64,000 bases of DNA from Oliverpabstia sp. (GCA_034114925.1 JAXEUM010000084.1:49283-113282), one strand, 5' to 3'; shown: positions 36,335 to 46,870, numbered from the stretch's first letter. The notes: generated by a model not told the origin, from the letters alone. Made by a program: numbers and translations.

Positions 36335-36363
36335 TTGCCAAGTTCAGGATAAATTGATATAAT
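36335..36363 (+). promoter_or_regulatory. Sigma-A promoter (extended -10) of hpf
   Basis: TTGCCA (36335-36340), 17 nt, TGaTATAAT (-10 at 36358-36363). Confidence 0.65.
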
Positions 36364-36425
36364 ATAACTACTTACAGAAGCAACAGTTCAGCTTTTGTAA
36401 AATATAGGACGAAGGGGTTGGCAGC

Positions 36426-36953
36426 ATGAAATTTATTATCAGCGGAAAAAATCTCGATGTGACAGATGGTTTAAAGACGGCTATCCAGGATAAACTTGGA
36501 AAATTGGAAAGGTATTTTACTCCTGAAACAGAAGTCCATGTTACCTTAAGTGTTGAGAAAGAGAGACAAAAGATTGAAGTGACCATACCAGTAAAAGGAA
36601 ATATCATTCGTTCCGAGCAGGTGAGCAGTGATATGTATGTATCCATTGATCTGGTGGAAGAAGTGATAGAACGTCAGCTTCGTAAATACAAAACCAAGAT
36701 TGTGAACAAACAGCAGGGAGCAGGAAACTTCCAGAAAACATTTATGGAAGATGATTTTCTTGAGGAAGAAGAGGTGAATATCATTCGTACCAAACGATTT
36801 GGTATTAAACCGATGTATCCGGAAGATGCCTGTGTACAGATGGAACTGTTAGGACATAATTTCTTTGTGTTCCGTAATGCTGAGACAGAAGAAGTAAATG
36901 TGGTATACAAGAGAAAAGGCAATACTTACGGTCTGATTGAACCGGAATTTTAA
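36426..36953 (+). CDS. hpf: Ribosome hibernation-promoting factor, long form
   Basis: MKFIISGKNLDVTDGLKTAIQDKLGKLERYF plus the C-terminal dimerisation domain (IIRTKRF.IKPM...EA..QMELLGH.FFVF.N). Confidence 0.95.
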   Translation: MKFIISGKNLDVTDGLKTAIQDKLGKLERYFTPETEVHVTLSVEKERQKIEVTIPVKGNIIRSEQVSSDMYVSIDLVEEVIERQLRKYKTKIVNKQQGAGNFQKTFMEDDFLEEEEVNIIRTKRFGIKPMYPEDACVQMELLGHNFFVFRNAETEEVNVVYKRKGNTYGLIEPEF

Positions 36954-36997
36954 TTGAGTTACCGATTTTGACGGGTAATAAAAAAGAATGATGACAG

Positions 36998-37032
36998 ATG
37001 TGGCTGCACAAAGTGTGCAGCCACATTTTTTG
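36998..37032 (+). terminator. Rho-independent terminator after hpf
   Basis: ATGTGGCTGCACA aag TGTGCAGCCACAT followed by TTTTTT. Confidence 0.9.
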
Positions 37033-37142
37033 CATCGAGCCGGGTATGAAGATAATAGAAAAATAAAGTTGTCTAACTGATAAGAAAGTGTTAGAATAGT
37101 TAATAGTATTGTGAAAACATGAATTTTAACAGGAGTGACAAT

Positions 37143-39713
37143 ATGAAATTAACAGAAAAACTCTTCGGAACACACAGTTCCAGAGAATTGAAAAGAATTA
37201 TGCCCCTGGTGGATAAGATTGAGGCACTTCGTCCATCAATGATAGAACTGACAGATGAACAGCTGAAAGATAAGACAAGAGAATTTAAGGAACGTCTGGC
37301 AAATGGGGAAACCTTGGACGATTTGCTTCCGGAAGCATTTGCTACTGTCCGGGAGGCTTCCAGACGAGTATTGAACATGGAACATTACCGGGTACAGTTG
37401 ATCGGTGGAATTATCCTTCATCAGGGACGTATTGCGGAGATGAGAACAGGTGAAGGTAAGACGTTGGTATCTACCTGTCCGGCGTATCTGAATGCCCTGG
37501 AAGGAAAGGGAGTTCATATTGTAACGGTCAATGACTATCTGGCAAAGCGTGATGCGGAGTGGATGGGAAAGGTACATGAGTTTTTGGGACTGACAGTAGG
37601 CGTGATCCTGAATTCCATGAAGAATGATGAGAGACGGGAACAGTATGCCTGTGATATTACCTATGTAACCAATAATGAAGATGGTTTTGATTATCTTCGT
37701 GATAACATGGTTATTTATAAAGAACAACTGGTACAAAGAGATCTGCATTATGCGATCATCGACGAGGTGGACTCTGTTTTGATCGATGAGGCGCGTACCC
37801 CATTGATCATTTCCGGTCAGAGTGGAAAATCCACAAAGCTTTACGAGGTTTGCGATATTCTGGCAAGACAGTTAGAGCGTGGAGAAGCCAGCGGTGAGAT
37901 GACAAAGATGACCGCCATTATGGGAGAAGAAATCATTGAGACCGGTGATTTTATCGTCAATGAAAAAGATAAAGTAGTCAATCTGACAGAAGAAGGCGTA
38001 AAGAAGGTAGAGAAGTTCTTTAATATTGAGAACCTGGCAGATCCGGAGAATCTGGAGATTCAGCACAATATTATTCTGGCTCTTCGCGCACATAATCTGA
38101 TGTTCAGAGATCAGGATTACGTAGTAAAAGACGATCAGGTTCTGATCGTAGATGAATTTACGGGACGTATCATGCCGGGAAGAAGATATTCTGACGGTCT
38201 CCACCAGGCGATTGAAGCGAAAGAACACGTAAAGGTAAGAAGAGAAAGTAAAACTCTGGCTACCATTACTTTCCAGAACTTCTTTAATAAATATAAAAAG
38301 AAAGCCGGTATGACAGGTACTGCACTGACTGAGGAACAGGAGTTCCGTGAGATTTACGGAATGGACGTTATTGAGATTCCTACCAACCGCCCGATTCAGC
38401 GTATCGACAGAGATGATGCCGTGTACATGACAAAGAAAGAGAAGTTCCGTGCGGTTGTGAATGAGATCAAAGAAGCTCACGCAAAGAACCAGCCTGTTCT
38501 GGTGGGTACGATTACCATTGAAACTTCTGAACTTTTGAGTAATATGCTGAGAAGAGAAGGAATTAAGCACCAGGTGTTGAATGCAAAATTCCATGAACTG
38601 GAGGCAGAGATCGTAGCGCAGGCCGGTGTTGCCGGGGCAGTTACCATTGCTACCAATATGGCAGGTCGTGGTACGGATATTAAGCTGGACGAAGAGGCGA
38701 GAGAAGCAGGCGGTCTGAAGATTATCGGTACAGAGCGTCATGAATCCAGACGTATTGACAATCAGCTCCGTGGTCGTTCCGGACGTCAGGGAGATCCCGG
38801 TGAATCCAGATTCTATATTTCTCTGGAAGATGATCTGATGCGTCTGTTCGGATCAGAAAAACTGATGTCTGTATTCAGCAGTCTGGGCGTGGCAGAAAAT
38901 GAACAGATTGAGCATAAGATGCTGTCCAGTGCCATTGAAAAGGCTCAGAAGAAGATAGAAAGCAACAACTACGGAATCCGTAAAAACCTGCTGGAATACG
39001 ATCAGGTAAATAATGAACAAAGAGAGATTATTTACAAAGAAAGACGTCGTGTTCTGGATGGGGAAAATATGAGAGACGCGATCTGTAAGATGATCACAGA
39101 TACGATTGACAATACCATTGATATGTGTATCAACGAAGAAATCGAATCCGACGAATGGGATCTGGTGGAACTGAATACCGTTCTTTTGCCTATCATTCCG
39201 CTGAAAACCATTACCAGTGAGAGTGTAAAGGGACTGAAGAAAAATCAGTTAAAACAGAATCTGAAAGAAGAGGCTATCAAGTTATATGAATTAAAAGAAG
39301 CAGAATTTCCGGAAGCAGAACAGATTCGTGAACTGGAGCGAGTAGTTCTTCTGAAAGTGATTGACCGCAAATGGATGGATCATATTGATGATATGGAACA
39401 GTTGCGTCAGGGTATCGGTTTGCAGGCATACGGTCAGAGAGATCCGAAGGTAGAATACAAGATGAGCGCTTTCGAGATGTTTGATGGTATGATCAGCGGC
39501 ATTCAGCAGGATACTATCCGTCTTCTCTACCATGTACGCATTGAGCAGAAAGTGGAAAGAGAGCAGGTAGCTCAGGTGACCGGAACAAATAAGGACGAAT
39601 CTTCTCAGAAGGGGCCTGTACGTCGTCAGCAGGATAAAATATATCCAAACGATCCCTGTCCCTGTGGCAGCGGAAAGAAATACAAACAGTGTTGTGGACG
39701 TAAAAAAATATAA
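37143..39713 (+). CDS. secA: Preprotein translocase ATPase SecA
   Basis: MKLTEKLFG..., MRTGEGKTL Walker [21 protein letters not shown]-terminal zinc finger [14 protein letters not shown]. Start moved to ATG 37143 (SD AGGAG). Confidence 0.95.
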   Translation: MKLTEKLFGTHSSRELKRIMPLVDKIEALRPSMIELTDEQLKDKTREFKERLANGETLDDLLPEAFATVREASRRVLNMEHYRVQLIGGIILHQGRIAEMRTGEGKTLVSTCPAYLNALEGKGVHIVTVNDYLAKRDAEWMGKVHEFLGLTVGVILNSMKNDERREQYACDITYVTNNEDGFDYLRDNMVIYKEQLVQRDLHYAIIDEVDSVLIDEARTPLIISGQSGKSTKLYEVCDILARQLERGEASGEMTKMTAIMGEEIIETGDFIVNEKDKVVNLTEEGVKKVEKFFNIENLADPENLEIQHNIILALRAHNLMFRDQDYVVKDDQVLIVDEFTGRIMPGRRYSDGLHQAIEAKEHVKVRRESKTLATITFQNFFNKYKKKAGMTGTALTEEQEFREIYGMDVIEIPTNRPIQRIDRDDAVYMTKKEKFRAVVNEIKEAHAKNQPVLVGTITIETSELLSNMLRREGIKHQVLNAKFHELEAEIVAQAGVAGAVTIATNMAGRGTDIKLDEEAREAGGLKIIGTERHESRRIDNQLRGRSGRQGDPGESRFYISLEDDLMRLFGSEKLMSVFSSLGVAENEQIEHKMLSSAIEKAQKKIESNNYGIRKNLLEYDQVNNEQREIIYKERRRVLDGENMRDAICKMITDTIDNTIDMCINEEIESDEWDLVELNTVLLPIIPLKTITSESVKGLKKNQLKQNLKEEAIKLYELKEAEFPEAEQIRELERVVLLKVIDRKWMDHIDDMEQLRQGIGLQAYGQRDPKVEYKMSAFEMFDGMISGIQQDTIRLLYHVRIEQKVEREQVAQVTGTNKDESSQKGPVRRQQDKIYPNDPCPCGSGKKYKQCCGRKKI

Positions 39714-39723
39714 AAGATAAAAG

Positions 39724-39787
39724 AAGAGCTGTTGTGGCGGCAGGGATGAAAGATTCCTGAATAATGTCTGGTACGACAGCTCTTTTT
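39724..39787 (+). terminator. Long-loop terminator module T2 (homologous to 17791-17863)
   Basis: AAGAGCTGT ... ACAGCTCTT followed by TTTATGG. The 3' 30 nt match T1 at about 21/30 positions. Confidence 0.6.
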
Positions 39788-39843
39788 ATGGATTTTTGCA
39801 GAGATAAAAGGGTGTTTTAAGGAAAATTACAACGGAGGAGAAA

Positions 39844-40518
39844 ATGAATATAAAAGGCGCTATTTTTGATATGGATGGAACTTTAGTGGATTCTATGTTT
39901 ATGTGGTACGGATTGGGAAATATCTATGTGGAAAAAAGGGGAAGAGAACCCAAGCCGGGACTGGGTGATATTTTATCCAGAATGAGTATGAGACAGGCGG
40001 CAGAGCATTTGAAGGAAGTGTATGGATTTGAAGAAAGTCCGGAAGAATTGATCAAAGATATCTACCGGGTGATGGAAGAATTTTATCTGAACGAGGTGGA
40101 AGAAAAACCGGGAATCCGAAAAGTTCTGGATGAATTAAAAGAGGCGGGAATTCCTATGTGCGTAGCTTCCGCTACCGATTCTTATATGATTGAATATGCA
40201 TTAAAGAGAGTGGGGATCCGAGAATATTTTCAGTCTATTTTCTGCTGTCGGCAGGTAGGCGAGGGAAAACATTCGGATAAGATTTATCAGGTGGCCAGAG
40301 AATCGCTGGGAACCAGGGTGGAAGAAACGCTTGTGTTTGAAGATGCACTTCATGCGGCAGAGACAGCAAAACGGGCGGGCTTTCCTCTGGTAGCTGTGTG
40401 GGATGAGTCAGAACCGGAGCAGGAAAAGATGAAAGAATTGGGAACTATTTATCTGGAAAATTATGACCAGTGGCCGGGAATAAAATTTTCTTGTGCTGCA
40501 GAGGAAAAACACGTATAA
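39844..40518 (+). CDS. HAD-superfamily hydrolase (beta-phosphoglucomutase/phosphatase-like, subfamily IA)
   Basis: Motif I FDMDGTLVDS and motif III/IV region VFEDALHAAETAKRAGF. Confidence 0.8.
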   Translation: MNIKGAIFDMDGTLVDSMFMWYGLGNIYVEKRGREPKPGLGDILSRMSMRQAAEHLKEVYGFEESPEELIKDIYRVMEEFYLNEVEEKPGIRKVLDELKEAGIPMCVASATDSYMIEYALKRVGIREYFQSIFCCRQVGEGKHSDKIYQVARESLGTRVEETLVFEDALHAAETAKRAGFPLVAVWDESEPEQEKMKELGTIYLENYDQWPGIKFSCAAEEKHV

Positions 40519-40575
40519 TAAAAAGGAATTGTATGGACTCACAAGAGAGTCAAAAAAGGAAAGAGGGTGAAACTT

Positions 40576-41716
40576 TTGGTAGAATTAGATCAATTCAAGA
40601 CAACTCTGAATTCCTATACACAACCATTAGTGGAAGTGAGGGATTCACTTTGACCTCGCTAATAAGGAAAAGCGGATCGAAGAATTAGAAAGAAAAATGG
40701 AAGAGCCGAATTTCTGGGATGACCCGGAGCGCTCCCAGGAAATGATGAAAGAACTGAAAAGTCTCAAAGATGATAAGGAAACGTATGAAAATCTGGAAAG
40801 TCAGATGGAAGATATGGAAACTCTTATCGAGATGGGATATGAAGAAAATGATTCCTCAGTGATCGAGGAGATTCAGGAGATTCTTGACCAGTTTGAGGCG
40901 GACTTTGAAAGTATTCGTATGAAAACATTACTTTCAGGAGAGTATGACAGAAATGACGCCATTGTGAAACTGAACGCAGGAGCAGGAGGTACCGAATCCT
41001 GTGACTGGGCGGGAATGCTTTATCGTATGTATTGCCGCTGGGCAGAAAAGAAAGGCTTTTCTCTGGAAGTATTGGATTATCTGGATGGTGATGAGGCAGG
41101 TATCAAATCTGTTACCTTTGAAGTCCACGGGGAGAATGCTTACGGATATCTGAAGTCAGAAAAAGGTGTACACCGTCTGGTTCGTATTTCGCCTTTTAAT
41201 GCGGCAGGAAAACGTCAGACGTCCTTTGTATCCTGTGATGTGATGCCGGATATTGACGAAGACCTGGATGTGGATATCAAGGAAGACGAGCTGAGGATTG
41301 ATACGTATCGCTCCAGTGGAGCCGGAGGACAGCATATTAATAAGACTTCTTCGGCAATTCGAATTACCCATTTGCCTACGGGTATTGTGGTACAGTGTCA
41401 GAATGAGAGGTCACAGTTCCAGAACAAAGATAAGGCTATGCAGATGCTGAAAGCCAAATTATATCTTCTGAAGCAGCAGGAAAATATGGAAAAACTTTCC
41501 GGTATTCGCGGTGAAGTGACAGATATCGGTTGGGGAAACCAGATTCGTTCTTATGTGATGCAGCCGTATACTATGGTAAAAGATCACAGAACAGGAACAG
41601 AGAGTGGAAATGTAGACAGCGTGATGGATGGAAATATTGATCCGTTTATTAACGGATATTTGAAATGGATTGCGTTGGGAGGCAAAAAGTCTGCTGATTC
41701 ACAGATAGGTGAGTAA
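40576..41716 (+). CDS. prfB: Peptide chain release factor 2, requires programmed +1 frameshift at 40648-40653
   Basis: Frame 0 reads (TTG 40576) MVELDQFKTTLNSYTQPLVEVRDSL then TGA. After a +1 shift, GAC at 40652 continues DLANKEKRIEELERKMEEPNFWDDPE..., in frame with track ORF 40697..41716. That ORF carries SPF (RISPFN) and GGQ (GAGGQHINK). The start could instead be GTG 40567. Confidence 0.9.
40636..40654 (+). promoter_or_regulatory. prfB autoregulatory +1 frameshift site
   Basis: SD-like GAGGGA followed by the slippery CTT TGA C (ctt 40648-40650, tga 40651-40653). Confidence 0.85.
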
Positions 41717-41734
41717 TCAGAAAGGGAGGTATTT

Positions 41735-43015
41735 ATGGGAATTATCAGGGCATTGAAAGAAACTGTGGGGGGATCTTTTGCAGATCAGTGGCTGGAAGTG
41801 GTAGAACCGGAAGATATGGGAGATCAGACGGTAATGACCCGGGGAATTTGCACCGGTAAAGGTGCGAATAAAAAAGGCAGTCGGAATGTTATTTCCAATG
41901 GTTCCGTAATCCATGTCTACGAAGGACAGTTTATGATGTTGCTGGACGGGGGAAAAATTGTGGATTACAGTGCAGAACCGGGATATTTCACTGTGGACAA
42001 TTCTTCCATGCCTTCTATGTTCGGTGGAAATCTGGACGAAGTGATTCGGAACTCCTTTGACAGATTTCGTTTTGGAGGAACTACACCTACAGCACAGAAG
42101 GTTTACTATCTGAATCTTCAGGAGATTAAGGGGATCAAGTTTGGTACTCGGAATCCCATCAATTATTTCGACAATTTTTATAATGCGGAATTGTTTTTAA
42201 GAGCGCATGGAACGTATTCTATTAAGATTAAAGATCCGATTCGTTTCTATGTGGAAGCAATTCCCAAAAACAGAGAACAGGTAGAGATAAAAGATATTAA
42301 CGAGCAGTATCTGTATGAGTTTCTGGATGCTTTGCAGTCTTCGATCAATCAGATGTCGGCAGACGGTGTGAGAATTTCCTATGTATCTTCTAAAAGCAGG
42401 GAACTTTCCAAATATATGGCGGATACTCTGGATGAAGACTGGCGGCAGAATCGTGGAATAGAGATTCAGTCTGTGGGAATTGCCAGCGTATCTTATGACG
42501 AGGAATCTCAGAAGCTGATCAATATGAGAAATCAGGGAGCTATGCTGGGAGATCCTATGGTGCGAGAGGGGTATGTGCAGGGTGCATTTGCCCGTGGTAT
42601 GGAAGCAGCCGGAAAAAATCCGGGAGGAAGTACCGTTGGATTTATGGGAATGAATATGGCGTCCCAGATGGGAGGAGCTATGGCATCTTCCATGTCCGCT
42701 GCGAATGTACAGCAGATGCAGATGAATCAGGCGGCTCGTCAGGCAGAAGAAGAAAAGAAAGCAAAAGAAAAGGAAGCCGCCAGAGAAAAAGACAGTTGGA
42801 TCTGCAGCTGCGGTCATGAAAATACAGGAAAGTTCTGCAGTGAGTGCGGTCAGCCCCGGCCAGTGAAAGAGACTTGGGTATGCAGTTGTGGCCATGAAAA
42901 CACAGGAAAGTTCTGCAGCGAATGTGGTGCGCCCCGCCCGGCAGGAGAATGGGTGTGTAGTTGTGGACACAAGAACACAGGGAAGTTTTGCAGTGAGTGT
43001 GGAAAATCCCGTTGA
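41735..43015 (+). CDS. SPFH (stomatin/prohibitin/flotillin)-domain protein with triple C-terminal zinc ribbons (COG4260 / YdjI-like)
   Basis: N-terminal MGIIRALKETVGGSFADQWLEVV..., an SPFH-like body, an A/M/Q-rich linker, then three W.CSCGH.NTGKFCSECG units. Confidence 0.75.
   Translation: MGIIRALKETVGGSFADQWLEVVEPEDMGDQTVMTRGICTGKGANKKGSRNVISNGSVIHVYEGQFMMLLDGGKIVDYSAEPGYFTVDNSSMPSMFGGNLDEVIRNSFDRFRFGGTTPTAQKVYYLNLQEIKGIKFGTRNPINYFDNFYNAELFLRAHGTYSIKIKDPIRFYVEAIPKNREQVEIKDINEQYLYEFLDALQSSINQMSADGVRISYVSSKSRELSKYMADTLDEDWRQNRGIEIQSVGIASVSYDEESQKLINMRNQGAMLGDPMVREGYVQGAFARGMEAAGKNPGGSTVGFMGMNMASQMGGAMASSMSAANVQQMQMNQAARQAEEEKKAKEKEAAREKDSWICSCGHENTGKFCSECGQPRPVKETWVCSCGHENTGKFCSECGAPRPAGEWVCSCGHKNTGKFCSECGKSR
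42797..43012 (+). repeat. Three tandem zinc-ribbon coding repeats (63-78 bp units)
   Basis: WICSCGHENTGKFCSECGQPRPVKET / WVCSCGHENTGKFCSECGAPRPAGE / WVCSCGHKNTGKFCSECGKSR. Confidence 0.9.
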
Positions 43016-43037
43016 TATCAGGCAGGAGGTTTAAAAT

Positions 43038-44123
43038 ATGGCAGTTATCAGTTTTAAATGCCCCAATTGCGATGGGGAGTTAGTTTTTGAACCTTCCACC
43101 CAAAAGTATGAATGTCCGTATTGTGGTTCTGATTTTACGCAGGAACAGATGGATGAAATACAGACAAAGGCACAGCCGTCCCAGGAAACAGGGGCGGCTG
43201 GTTTTGATGAGAGACAGGGGGAAGAAGATCAGGAGATCCAGGGAGAAACTCAGAAAGCAGTGGTATATACCTGCCCCAGCTGTGGTGCAGAAATTGTCAC
43301 GGATGAGACTACGGCGGCAACCTATTGTTACTATTGCCACAATCCGGTAGTATTATCAGGAAGGGTGTCAGGCGAATTTTTACCAAAATGGATCCTGCCA
43401 TTTTCAGTGGATCGTAAAAAAGCAGAATCAATGTTCCTGGAGAATGTAAGTAAGAAAAAATTTGTTCCCAAAGGATTCTTTAATAAAAAGCAGATAGAAC
43501 TGTTGTCCGGTGTATATTTTCCTTACTGGCTGGTGAATTGGAGTGGACAGGCGCGTATGCAGGCGAAAGCTACCAAAGTTCGCGTGTGGAGAAGAGGAGA
43601 TACGGAATATACGGAGACTCGATATTATGATCTTTATCGGGAAGGAAATCTGGAATTTCCCGGAATTTCCAGAAATGCCCTGAAAAAAGCCAATAAAAAA
43701 CTGGTAGAAGGGGTACAGCCGTATAATATGGAAGAGGCAAAGAAATTCTCCATGGGATATTTATCCGGTTTTCAGGCTGAAAAAAGAGATATGGAACAGG
43801 AAGAGTTTCAGCAGGGTATTCAGGAAGATGTGAAGGACTATGCAGAAAAAATGCTCAGAGGTACCGTAGACGGCTATACAACGGTGAATACGGTAAATTC
43901 TCAGATTCGTACTACGAAAGAGGACTGGGAGTATGCGATGGTTCCCGCCTGGGTTGTTACCTATAAAGGAAATGATGGGAAAACTTACTATTATGCTATC
44001 AATGGGCAGACCGGTAAAGTTTGCGGTGAACTTCCTTTGGAAAAGAAAAAACTGGCGCTGGTATCTGGTATTATTTTCTTGGTTGTATTTTTGCTGGGAT
44101 TGGCAGGAGGATTTCTGATATGA
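43038..44123 (+). CDS. Double zinc-ribbon protein with C-terminal membrane anchor (YdjG-like)
   Basis: CPNCDGEL...CPYCGS and CPSCGAEI...CYYCHNP, with a C-terminal TM LALVSGIIFLVVFLLGLAGGFLI. Confidence 0.65.
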   Translation: MAVISFKCPNCDGELVFEPSTQKYECPYCGSDFTQEQMDEIQTKAQPSQETGAAGFDERQGEEDQEIQGETQKAVVYTCPSCGAEIVTDETTAATYCYYCHNPVVLSGRVSGEFLPKWILPFSVDRKKAESMFLENVSKKKFVPKGFFNKKQIELLSGVYFPYWLVNWSGQARMQAKATKVRVWRRGDTEYTETRYYDLYREGNLEFPGISRNALKKANKKLVEGVQPYNMEEAKKFSMGYLSGFQAEKRDMEQEEFQQGIQEDVKDYAEKMLRGTVDGYTTVNTVNSQIRTTKEDWEYAMVPAWVVTYKGNDGKTYYYAINGQTGKVCGELPLEKKKLALVSGIIFLVVFLLGLAGGFLI

Positions 44124-44932
44124 GTATGAGGAAAAAAGGGTGGATCACAGGGTTACTGTTGGGAATTTTGCTTTTTGCAGCAGAACCGGCAAAAGCTTCC
44201 GGAGAAATCGTAGCAGATCAGGCAGATCTTTTTACAGAAGCACAGGAGCAGACTATCACAGAAAGGGCAAAAGAATTGTCAGAAGAGTGGAAGCAGGATT
44301 ATGTGATAGTAACGACTCTGGATGCAGAAGGAAAATCATCGGAAGAGTATGCGGATGATTATTATGATACCAATGGATACGGAGAAAACGGAGCCTTATT
44401 TCTTATCGATCTGGATAATGGAAATGTTTGGATTTCTACTAGCGGAACAATGATTCGTTTTTTTACAGATGAGAGAATAGAACGGGTGATTGACACAGGG
44501 TATTCCAGTCTTCAGGGAAAAGAATATGGAACTGGTATTTTGCAGATGCTGGACCAGACGGAAGTTTATATGAAAGATGGAATTCCGGGTAATCAGTATA
44601 CTTATAATGTAGAAACAGGAGAAGTGAGCCGCTATCGTTCCATAACTTTGGTGGAATTTTTGATTGCTCTGGGGATTGCTGCGGCCTGTGGAATCATTTT
44701 TGCCGTATCTGTCCGTTCCTCTTATAAGATGAAACACAGCGACTATTCCTATCCGTTTCAGAAGAACGGAAAGTTAAGTTTATCCGGAAAAGAGGATCGT
44801 TTCATAAATGAAGTGGTGACAAGAAGACATATTCCCAAAGATACCTCTTCCGGTTCCGGCGGCGGAGGACGAAGCAGCGTACATACTTCCAACAGCGGTT
44901 CCAGTCATGGTGGCGGTGGAAGAAGTCTTTGA
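44120..44932 (+). CDS. TPM-domain membrane protein (YdjH-like)
   Basis: Signal peptide, TPM/DUF477-like block (IVADQADLFTEAQEQTITERAKELSEEWKQDYVIVTT ... GALFLIDLDNGNVWISTSG), one TM, and a Gly/Ser-rich tail GSGGGGRSSVHTSNSGSSHGGGGRSL. There is a 4-nt overlap with the upstream gene. Confidence 0.7.
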   Translation: MSMRKKGWITGLLLGILLFAAEPAKASGEIVADQADLFTEAQEQTITERAKELSEEWKQDYVIVTTLDAEGKSSEEYADDYYDTNGYGENGALFLIDLDNGNVWISTSGTMIRFFTDERIERVIDTGYSSLQGKEYGTGILQMLDQTEVYMKDGIPGNQYTYNVETGEVSRYRSITLVEFLIALGIAAACGIIFAVSVRSSYKMKHSDYSYPFQKNGKLSLSGKEDRFINEVVTRRHIPKDTSSGSGGGGRSSVHTSNSGSSHGGGGRSL

Positions 44933-45090
44933 TTATGGAAATTCTATTCTGCCTGACGTTTGGGAAGAACATGAGAAAATAAAAAGGCTTGCATATCGGA
45001 AAAAAATATGATAACATCTTTTGCATGACTACAAATGTGTTTCAGAGGCGAACAGACTTGGAAGCGACAGAATATGAGGCGGGGAGAGAC

Positions 45091-45534
45091 ATGGAAAATA
45101 AGACAAAATACTATGTGGTAAAAGAAAAAGCAGTTCCGGAAGTACTTTTGAAGGTTGTAGAAGCAAAGAAGATTCTTGATTCCGTGAAGGCTGTGACGGT
45201 ACAGGAGGCTACGGAACGGGTAGGAATCAGCAGAAGTTCTTTTTATAAGTATAAAGATGATATTTTTCCTTTTCATGATCAGGCGAAAGGAAGAACTGTT
45301 ACTTTTATTCTTCAGATGGACGATAAACCGGGAATCCTTTCCGATATATTGAGAACCGTTGCTCAGTTTCGAGGAAATATTTTGACCATTCATCAGAGTA
45401 TTCCTATCAATGGGATTGCCACATTGACCTTGAGTGTGGAGATTCTGCCGGAAGCGGGAGATGTGGAAAATATGGTAGGTCAGATGGAAGAACAGACAGG
45501 GGTTCATTACTTAAAAATATTAGGCAGGGAGTAA
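45091..45534 (+). CDS. ACT-domain protein, UPF0735/PheB-like
   Basis: KYYVVKEKAVPEVLLKVVEAKKIL N-terminus plus a C-terminal ACT fold (VTFILQMDDKPGILSDILRTVAQFRGNILTIHQ). Start moved to ATG 45091 (SD GAGGCGGGGAG). Confidence 0.75.
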   Translation: MENKTKYYVVKEKAVPEVLLKVVEAKKILDSVKAVTVQEATERVGISRSSFYKYKDDIFPFHDQAKGRTVTFILQMDDKPGILSDILRTVAQFRGNILTIHQSIPINGIATLTLSVEILPEAGDVENMVGQMEEQTGVHYLKILGRE

Positions 45535-45645
45535 GACGGTTAGGAGCCGGGTTGGTTTTTAGAGGATAAGGGGCTGTCGCACAAAAGGATTCCGTGTGAC
45601 GGCTCTTTTCTGTTACATTTTTGGAGAACAGGGAGGAGAAATGGT

Positions 45646-46845
45646 ATGAAATACGTGGTGATTTTAGGTGATGGAATGGCAGATTATCCAGTGAAAGAGC
45701 TGGATGATAAAACACCTTTGGAGTATGCAAAGACGCCGGTTATGGATGCGTTGGCGAAGATTTCGGAAATTGGGATGGCACAGACGATTCCCCAGGGAAT
45801 GAAGCCGGGAAGTGACACGGCCAATCTGGCGGTGATGGGGTATGATCCAAAAAGATATTATACAGGTCGTTCTCCTTTGGAGGCGTTGAGTATCGGTGTG
45901 GATATGGAAGAAGAAGATATTGCTATCCGCTGCAATATTGTAACAGTATCCGAAGAGGAAGAGGCTTATGAGGATAAGATTATGATCGACCACAGCTCCA
46001 GTGAAATCAGTACAGAAGATGCAGCCGTTCTTTTGCAGGCGGTTATGGAAGAAATGGCGAATGAAACGTATCAGTTTTCTGTGGGAACCAGCTATCGGCA
46101 CTGCCTGATCTGGAAGCAGGGAAAAGCAGTGGAATTAACTCCCCCTCATGATATTCTGGAGAGGAGAATCGGAGAATATTTGCCGGAAGATAAGGTGCTG
46201 TCCTGGATGCAGAAGAGAAGCTATGAGATATTATCCGTACATCCTTTGAATCTGGAAAGAAAAGCAAAGGGATTACATCCCGCCAACAGTTTATGGTTTT
46301 GGGGAGCAGGAACAAAGCCTTCTCTGGATTCTTTTGAAAAGAAATATGGCAAAAAAGGCGTTATGATATCAGCGGTAGATTTGCTGAAAGGGATCGCTGT
46401 AGGTGCAGAAATGACAAATGTAACTGTGGAAGGGGCAAATGGCGGTTTGCATACAAATTATGAGGGAAAAGCGCAGGCAGCAGTTGACGCATTGACGAAA
46501 AAGGGGTATGATTTTGCTTACATCCATGTGGAAGCTCCGGATGAGATGGGGCATCAGGGAAGTGTGGAACGGAAAATACAGGCAATCGAATATCTGGATC
46601 AGCGGATTATTCGTCTGGTGAAGGAGAAAATGGATGAGTATGGAGAACCTTATCGTATGTTAATTCTTCCGGATCATCCCACTCCGGTCAGTGTACGTAC
46701 CCATACATCGGATCCTGTACCATATTTGTTGTATGACAGTGCGGCAAAGAAGGAAGAGACATGGAAATACAACGAGGCAGAGGCAGAAAGAAGCGGAAAT
46801 TTTTTTGAAAAAGGCTATGAGATGATGGAATATCTTCTCCGGTAA
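45646..46845 (+). CDS. Cofactor-independent phosphoglycerate mutase family protein (archaeal ApgM type); possible non-orthologous homoserine kinase
   Basis: MKYVVILGDGMADYPVKELDDKTPLEYAKTP.MD, GSDTANL, HVEAPDEMGHQG, LPDHPTP are metalloenzyme-superfamily motifs. The gene lies between an ACT protein and aspartate kinase. Confidence 0.8.
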   Translation: MKYVVILGDGMADYPVKELDDKTPLEYAKTPVMDALAKISEIGMAQTIPQGMKPGSDTANLAVMGYDPKRYYTGRSPLEALSIGVDMEEEDIAIRCNIVTVSEEEEAYEDKIMIDHSSSEISTEDAAVLLQAVMEEMANETYQFSVGTSYRHCLIWKQGKAVELTPPHDILERRIGEYLPEDKVLSWMQKRSYEILSVHPLNLERKAKGLHPANSLWFWGAGTKPSLDSFEKKYGKKGVMISAVDLLKGIAVGAEMTNVTVEGANGGLHTNYEGKAQAAVDALTKKGYDFAYIHVEAPDEMGHQGSVERKIQAIEYLDQRIIRLVKEKMDEYGEPYRMLILPDHPTPVSVRTHTSDPVPYLLYDSAAKKEETWKYNEAEAERSGNFFEKGYEMMEYLLR

Positions 46846-46870
46846 CAGAAGAACTTTCGCTAAAAATGTC

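Noticed and set aside
36380-36393. A solo TIR-like 14-mer, GCAACAGTTCAGCT (12/14 to the MITE left end), in the hpf leader.
   Set aside because: A single half-site without an inverted partner or flanking duplication cannot be distinguished from chance.
40470-40688. A 72-aa ORF spanning the HAD/prfB junction.
   Set aside because: It is in a frame that reads through the prfB frameshift site. The region is fully explained by the RF2 frame-0 leader plus the +1 frame.
45535-45645. A possible regulatory leader between the ACT gene and the ApgM-like gene.
   Set aside because: It contains one G-U-rich hairpin followed by a T-run (about 45571-45612), which is adequately explained as a partial terminator. 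There are no conserved riboswitch motifs.
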